A stretch of DNA of 20,000 nt. Origin: an uncultured virus (IMG/VR IMGVR_UViG_3300017772_000002). Taxonomy: Duplodnaviria > Heunggongvirae > Uroviricota > Caudoviricetes. Location of the stretch: IMG/VR virus record IMGVR_UViG_3300017772_000002. The stretch is one strand, 5' to 3'. Position numbers and translations under genes: made by a program. This document shows positions 16,319-20,000 of this stretch, piece by piece. Every line of letters starts with the position of its first letter. Within the stretch, counting starts at the first letter, position 1. The notes under the pieces are model-generated. The model did not search any database, was not told the origin of the DNA, and was given only the letters and a program-made list of their open reading frames with translations.

Positions 16319-17065
16319 CTATGTTATATTTACATTAACAGTATAGTCGTCGTCCTCGTCAGAGCTCTGTGGAGTTATTGTGAAATCCATATTCTCTAAT
16401 ATATTTTCATTATTAGCGTCAGCGTTAAAGTCAAAATTAACTTCTCTAATAACGCCTTGGTTTTCTGTTGGTCCAAAGAACTTCATCTTCATTGCAAAAT
16501 CTAATTGATACGTCAATACTCTTCTTGTTACAAAGTCACCCTCATAATCATCGCTTATATTTACAGACGTTAATACAATTGGAACGTCTTGTTTATATGC
16601 AAACCCATCAACCGGCCTAATAGTAATAGTATATTCTGGTTGAAAGTACGGTAAAATTTGTTCAACAACTTGTAATCCATCATCTTGATTTTTTGCTAAA
16701 ATATACAATGACATGTTTATATTATATGCAACTTGTTGTTTTAATGTTTTCTTTTTAGTAGGATCTGTAGCATGGTTTTCGCTTATTACATTTCTTTTAC
16801 CAAGCTTTTGACTTGAGTCAATGTCTAATGAGGTTATTTCAAAAGCCATTCTTGGTAGTTTAATAGCCATTGAAGCTTCTTGATTTGTATTTTGGTCTAA
16901 TCTAGCTAGAAACTTTTGTTTAGGGCCATAAGCCAAAGGAACTTTTATTTGATTAAGGACATTACCTTTACCATCTTGTCTTATAACACTTATATCATTA
17001 AATAAAGTACCAAAGACTGCTACAGCCTTTCTCATTGTCGCGTGATAAAAATGATTACCAAACAT
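16319..17065 (-). CDS. gp15: Tail sheath stabiliser / tail terminator
   Basis: FYH...RK.V..FGTLFNDI, VPLAYGPKQKFL, LPRM.FEI, QILPYFQP. Confidence 0.96.
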   Translation of the reverse strand: MFGNHFYHATMRKAVAVFGTLFNDISVIRQDGKGNVLNQIKVPLAYGPKQKFLARLDQNTNQEASMAIKLPRMAFEITSLDIDSSQKLGKRNVISENHATDPTKKKTLKQQVAYNINMSLYILAKNQDDGLQVVEQILPYFQPEYTITIRPVDGFAYKQDVPIVLTSVNISDDYEGDFVTRRVLTYQLDFAMKMKFFGPTENQGVIREVNFDFNADANNENILENMDFTITPQSSDEDDDYTVNVNIT

Positions 17066-17994
17066 TAGTATGTCTCCGATGGATCGCCAAATGGATTAGT
17101 TTCAGTAAAGTCTAAGAATCCATCAGCATCTATTTCAAATGCTATATTACTTGAAGCTCCATCATTTGCAAATGTATCATCATCAGTGACGTCACCAATG
17201 GATGTTATAAAGCCTGTAACATTAGATTTACTACCAGTTAAAGGTATAGTTGATGACACGACGAAATCCTTAGCTTCAGTAGATCCAGTGACTCCAATAT
17301 TTGAAACACCAATATCTGAAGATACATTTGAGCTTTTAGTTAAGGTTTGAACTGTACCATATACGCTTATAGCTGGATCTGTAGAAACAACTTGTGTTAC
17401 TATTTCTCCTAACTCAAAGTGTTGATTATTCGTAACTGAAACCACCAATGGAAGTTGATAAGAGGTTTTAACTTCTGTAACATCAATTTCACCAACTCCA
17501 GTATCAAAGTCTTCATCATTATATTCAAACAAGCTACAATTAAGTTTATAAACTGGAAGGTTTGATAATTGATAAAATGGTTGTTCATGCTCAACGAATG
17601 TAATTTCAAAAAACTTATTTGTCATGGGTAGAAATATAAGATCACCTTCCATTGGTCTTATAGTTTCTACATCATTATTCCATACGCCAACTAAACCGGC
17701 CCACTGTTTTCTTGCTATAACGAAGGTTACTTCATCTCTTATTTCTAATCCAAATTTTTGATATAAATCTCCTGCTCCATCAAAACCTTCTGGATTTTCA
17801 ATATATGCTTCAATCATATAAGCATCATCAAATTTAGATGCGTGATCTTCGCCTAAAATGTCGTCTCTATTAACTAAAGTCCTTGGTATATAATAAACAT
17901 CTTGTCCATATATTTTTAGTGACTCAATTATTAGATCTTCATAAACATTCTGCTCGGATGCTACTGATTGAGAAAAGTATACGCTTCTAGGCAT
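17065..17994 (-). CDS. gp14: Neck protein
   Basis: E.LKIYGQDVYY.PR, KFGLEIRDE, P.EGDLI..P, EHEQPFYQL, C-terminal DF.E.NPFG. Confidence 0.95.
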   Translation of the reverse strand: MPRSVYFSQSVASEQNVYEDLIIESLKIYGQDVYYIPRTLVNRDDILGEDHASKFDDAYMIEAYIENPEGFDGAGDLYQKFGLEIRDEVTFVIARKQWAGLVGVWNNDVETIRPMEGDLIFLPMTNKFFEITFVEHEQPFYQLSNLPVYKLNCSLFEYNDEDFDTGVGEIDVTEVKTSYQLPLVVSVTNNQHFELGEIVTQVVSTDPAISVYGTVQTLTKSSNVSSDIGVSNIGVTGSTEAKDFVVSSTIPLTGSKSNVTGFITSIGDVTDDDTFANDGASSNIAFEIDADGFLDFTETNPFGDPSETY

Positions 17995-17997
17995 TTA

Positions 17998-18747
17998 TTA
18001 CCCCGTATAAAAGTCAACTGGTTGTTCCCAGTTTAATCTGACTTCTTCATTTAATTTGTCTATTTCTTCTTTAGCGTCTTCTAATATTTGTCTACCATTA
18101 AAAGTTACGCCACCTGGCATTACCATTCCTTCAAATTTAGATAAATTAACTCCCCATTGCATTTTAATTAACGCTGTTGCATATCTCTTTAAGAAATAGT
18201 CGTTATAAACGTCCGTAAAAGTTGCTGGATCTATTATTCTATAACATTCAACAATAATATAATCATCAACTAAGATTTCTTCTGACCAATCCATATCAAT
18301 TCTTAATTGGTTTTTATGCCTTTCAAAACTAATATGCTTATCGTCTGAATCAATAATCATGTCTAACATAGATAACCATTGCATTGACATTTCATAATCA
18401 ACTAATGAGCCCATATATCCCATTGAATAAATGTCATTCAAATGCATTTGATACCTTACATCAAACATATTACTAGTAGATCCACCTTCTCTTAGTGGAA
18501 AAATTCTAACGACATCAGTTACTAAATCATTAATTGGAATATAACCATTTGTAATATTATCTGCAGTAACTTGATGCTTTAAATAAATTTTTTCAATAGC
18601 ATCTGCGTGATAATGTTGATAAAATTGTAAAGCTTCATCTATTCTATCTTCTACTTGATCATCATCAACATTAATCTCAACGACAGGCGCACCTAATGCT
18701 CTTAAGCAATAATCGATTAGTGTTTGTCTTGAATTAGGTTTTGCCAT
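17998..18747 (-). CDS. gp13: Neck protein
   Basis: YCLR.LGAPV.EINV..DQ..DRIDEA, LKRYATALIK.QWG.NL.KF.G..MPGGVT.NG. Confidence 0.96.
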   Translation of the reverse strand: MAKPNSRQTLIDYCLRALGAPVVEINVDDDQVEDRIDEALQFYQHYHADAIEKIYLKHQVTADNITNGYIPINDLVTDVVRIFPLREGGSTSNMFDVRYQMHLNDIYSMGYMGSLVDYEMSMQWLSMLDMIIDSDDKHISFERHKNQLRIDMDWSEEILVDDYIIVECYRIIDPATFTDVYNDYFLKRYATALIKMQWGVNLSKFEGMVMPGGVTFNGRQILEDAKEEIDKLNEEVRLNWEQPVDFYTG

Positions 18748-18772
18748 GTTATTTCCTCTAATTTCTTATATC

Positions 18773-18780
18773 TATTTATA
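18773..18780 (-). promoter_or_regulatory. Late promoter of the gp13-gp17 operon
   Basis: Exact TATAAATA between the tail fibre stop and the gp13 GAGG SD. Confidence 0.85.
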
Positions 18781-18781
18781 A

Positions 18782-20000
18782 TCATTTGTTTTTTAGTTGT
18801 TCTTTTAAGTCATCAATCTCAGCTTTAAGCTCTTTAATTGATTCTACTAACATTGGAATAACCCCATCATAACTAATAGTTTTAACTTCTCCAATATCTT
18901 TATCTTCACCAATACTTACTAATTCTGGCGCATGCTCTTCAACTTGTTGTGCTATAAAACCAACTTGATCTTTACCTCTAGATTCTTTTTTCCAATCAAA
19001 TATTACACCATCTAAGCCCAGTACTTTATCTAAGCAATTTTCTAAAGGTCTAACATTTTTCTTTAACCTAATATCAGAAGTTGTATTAGATGAATACGCT
19101 GTAATATTAGCATCAGCATGGAAATTACCATTGTCATAAAATAAAAATTCACCAGAATTAGAAGCTCCAAACATTGAAATGTAATCTGCATTAGTATCTT
19201 CTTGGCGACACCTGATCATAGTAGTGCCACCAGCTATGACATCGATTTGATCAACTCCCGGAAAGACCATTCCGGTATTGCCATCACCATCATGGTAATA
19301 TGCGTTTGTTTCTATATACCCACTTGTGGCAATATTAGCAGATCCAAAATCTCCACTAGCTAAAGAAGTAGAAATTGTCCAAGTTTCATTTGAACTACCA
19401 TCAACCTGCACAGTTGCATTACCAGTGACTGCGCCAGTTAAATTAATAAGAAAGGCTCTATCAGTTGTCCATTTATCAGCATTTGGATGATAATTGTCCA
19501 TAAAGACTCTTTGGAAAGCATAAGCACTACCATTACCAACCCTACCAAAATACATATCATCTGTATTGATACCCAAAGATATCTGACTGTAATAACCATT
19601 ATTATTACCATGATTCGTAATTATATTATGATACCAGCCATCAGCTGGGTTTCTTGGAGCAGCGCCATCTAAACCAGTACCACCATTACCAGCCTGATCC
19701 ATCCATTGAAGTTTAGAAGCACCAAAATCTATTACTGCGTCTTCAACTATCTTTTTATGGTTATGCGAATCATCAGCAACTGCTGCTGTAAGTGTAAAGT
19801 TAGCAGAACCATCAAATGAAACGTTACCACTTAAGTCACCAGCTAATGTTAATGTTCTTGATGTGGTCCATTTATCAGCATTTGGATGATAAGCGTCATG
19901 AAATATAGTTTGAGTAGTTAGCCCAGTTCCACTAGTTGCATCTTTGTATCCAACTTTTACTCCCCCATTGTAAGGAGATTGAATAATAACATGGTCATCA
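18782..20000 (-). CDS. Tail fibre/spike protein, C-terminal part, with Peptidase S74 intramolecular chaperone; 5' end lies outside the window
   Basis: Frame read by hand is open from the window edge to 18782. G/N/T/S-rich fibre repeats; SDIRLKKN autocleavage motif, GFIAQQV, terminal coiled coil LVESIKELKAEIDDLK. Confidence 0.9.
   Translation of the reverse strand, partial: DDHVIIQSPYNGGVKVGYKDATSGTGLTTQTIFHDAYHPNADKWTTSRTLTLAGDLSGNVSFDGSANFTLTAAVADDSHNHKKIVEDAVIDFGASKLQWMDQAGNGGTGLDGAAPRNPADGWYHNIITNHGNNNGYYSQISLGINTDDMYFGRVGNGSAYAFQRVFMDNYHPNADKWTTDRAFLINLTGAVTGNATVQVDGSSNETWTISTSLASGDFGSANIATSGYIETNAYYHDGDGNTGMVFPGVDQIDVIAGGTTMIRCRQEDTNADYISMFGASNSGEFLFYDNGNFHADANITAYSSNTTSDIRLKKNVRPLENCLDKVLGLDGVIFDWKKESRGKDQVGFIAQQVEEHAPELVSIGEDKDIGEVKTISYDGVIPMLVESIKELKAEIDDLKEQLKNK
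19467..19892. repeat. Exact 27-nt direct repeat (19467-19493 and 19866-19892) encoding YHPNADKWT in the fibre
   Basis: gtccatttatcagcatttggatgataa occurs twice, 399 bp (133 codons) apart, in frame. Confidence 0.92.

Noticed and set aside
324..18747. Introns, inteins or homing endonucleases in core genes (gp17, gp20, gp23, uvsW, gp46)
   Set aside because: All are uninterrupted and of ordinary length, and the intergenic gaps are too small.
277..19672. Plus-strand ORFs in the track (277, 1921, 3222, 4394, 10576, 11736, 15878, 19487) and nested out-of-frame minus ORFs (4380, 12933, 15128, 17409)
   Set aside because: They overlap well-conserved core genes and show no recognisable motifs; they look like shadow ORFs.
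19700..19702. ATG 19702 as the start of the tail fibre gene
   Set aside because: The frame stays open to the window edge and encodes a further fibre repeat, so this is an internal Met.
19467..19892. Diversity-generating retroelement TR/VR pair or CRISPR-like array
   Set aside because: Only two short in-frame copies, no adenine-specific mismatches, no reverse transcriptase or cas gene in the window, and no regular spacers.

Overview
AT-rich fragment of a T4-like (marine Kyanoviridae/pelagiphage-style gene order) myophage genome. All real genes are on the minus strand. In transcription order (right to left): 5'-truncated tail fibre with S74 chaperone, gp13, gp14, gp15, gp16, gp17, gp18, gp19, gp20, a 55-aa gp67-like gene missed by the ORF track, gp21, gp22, gp23, gp3, uvsY, uvsW, a 124-aa hypothetical, gp55, gp47, gp46 and a 3'-truncated HEXXH protein. 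TATAAATA late promoters precede gp13, gp18, gp20, gp67, gp3 and uvsY. GTTTACA-N17-TATAAT sigma70 promoters precede gp55 and the HEXXH gene. The protein content is ordinary; the interest is non-coding. (1) A ~95-nt multi-stem RNA between gp23 and gp3 has its own late promoter and is insulated by the gp23 terminator. (2) A consensus sigma70 promoter on the plus strand, nearly identical to another promoter in the window, has no gene downstream and fires a G-rich transcript antisense into the uvsW operon (antisense regulator or R-loop origin candidate). Also seen: a probably leaderless gp3 mRNA, a portal-leader hairpin, a palindromic two-way late promoter and an exact 27-nt repeat in the tail fibre. 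Gene calls rest on recalled family motifs and synteny, and RNA folds were done by hand; no searches were run.
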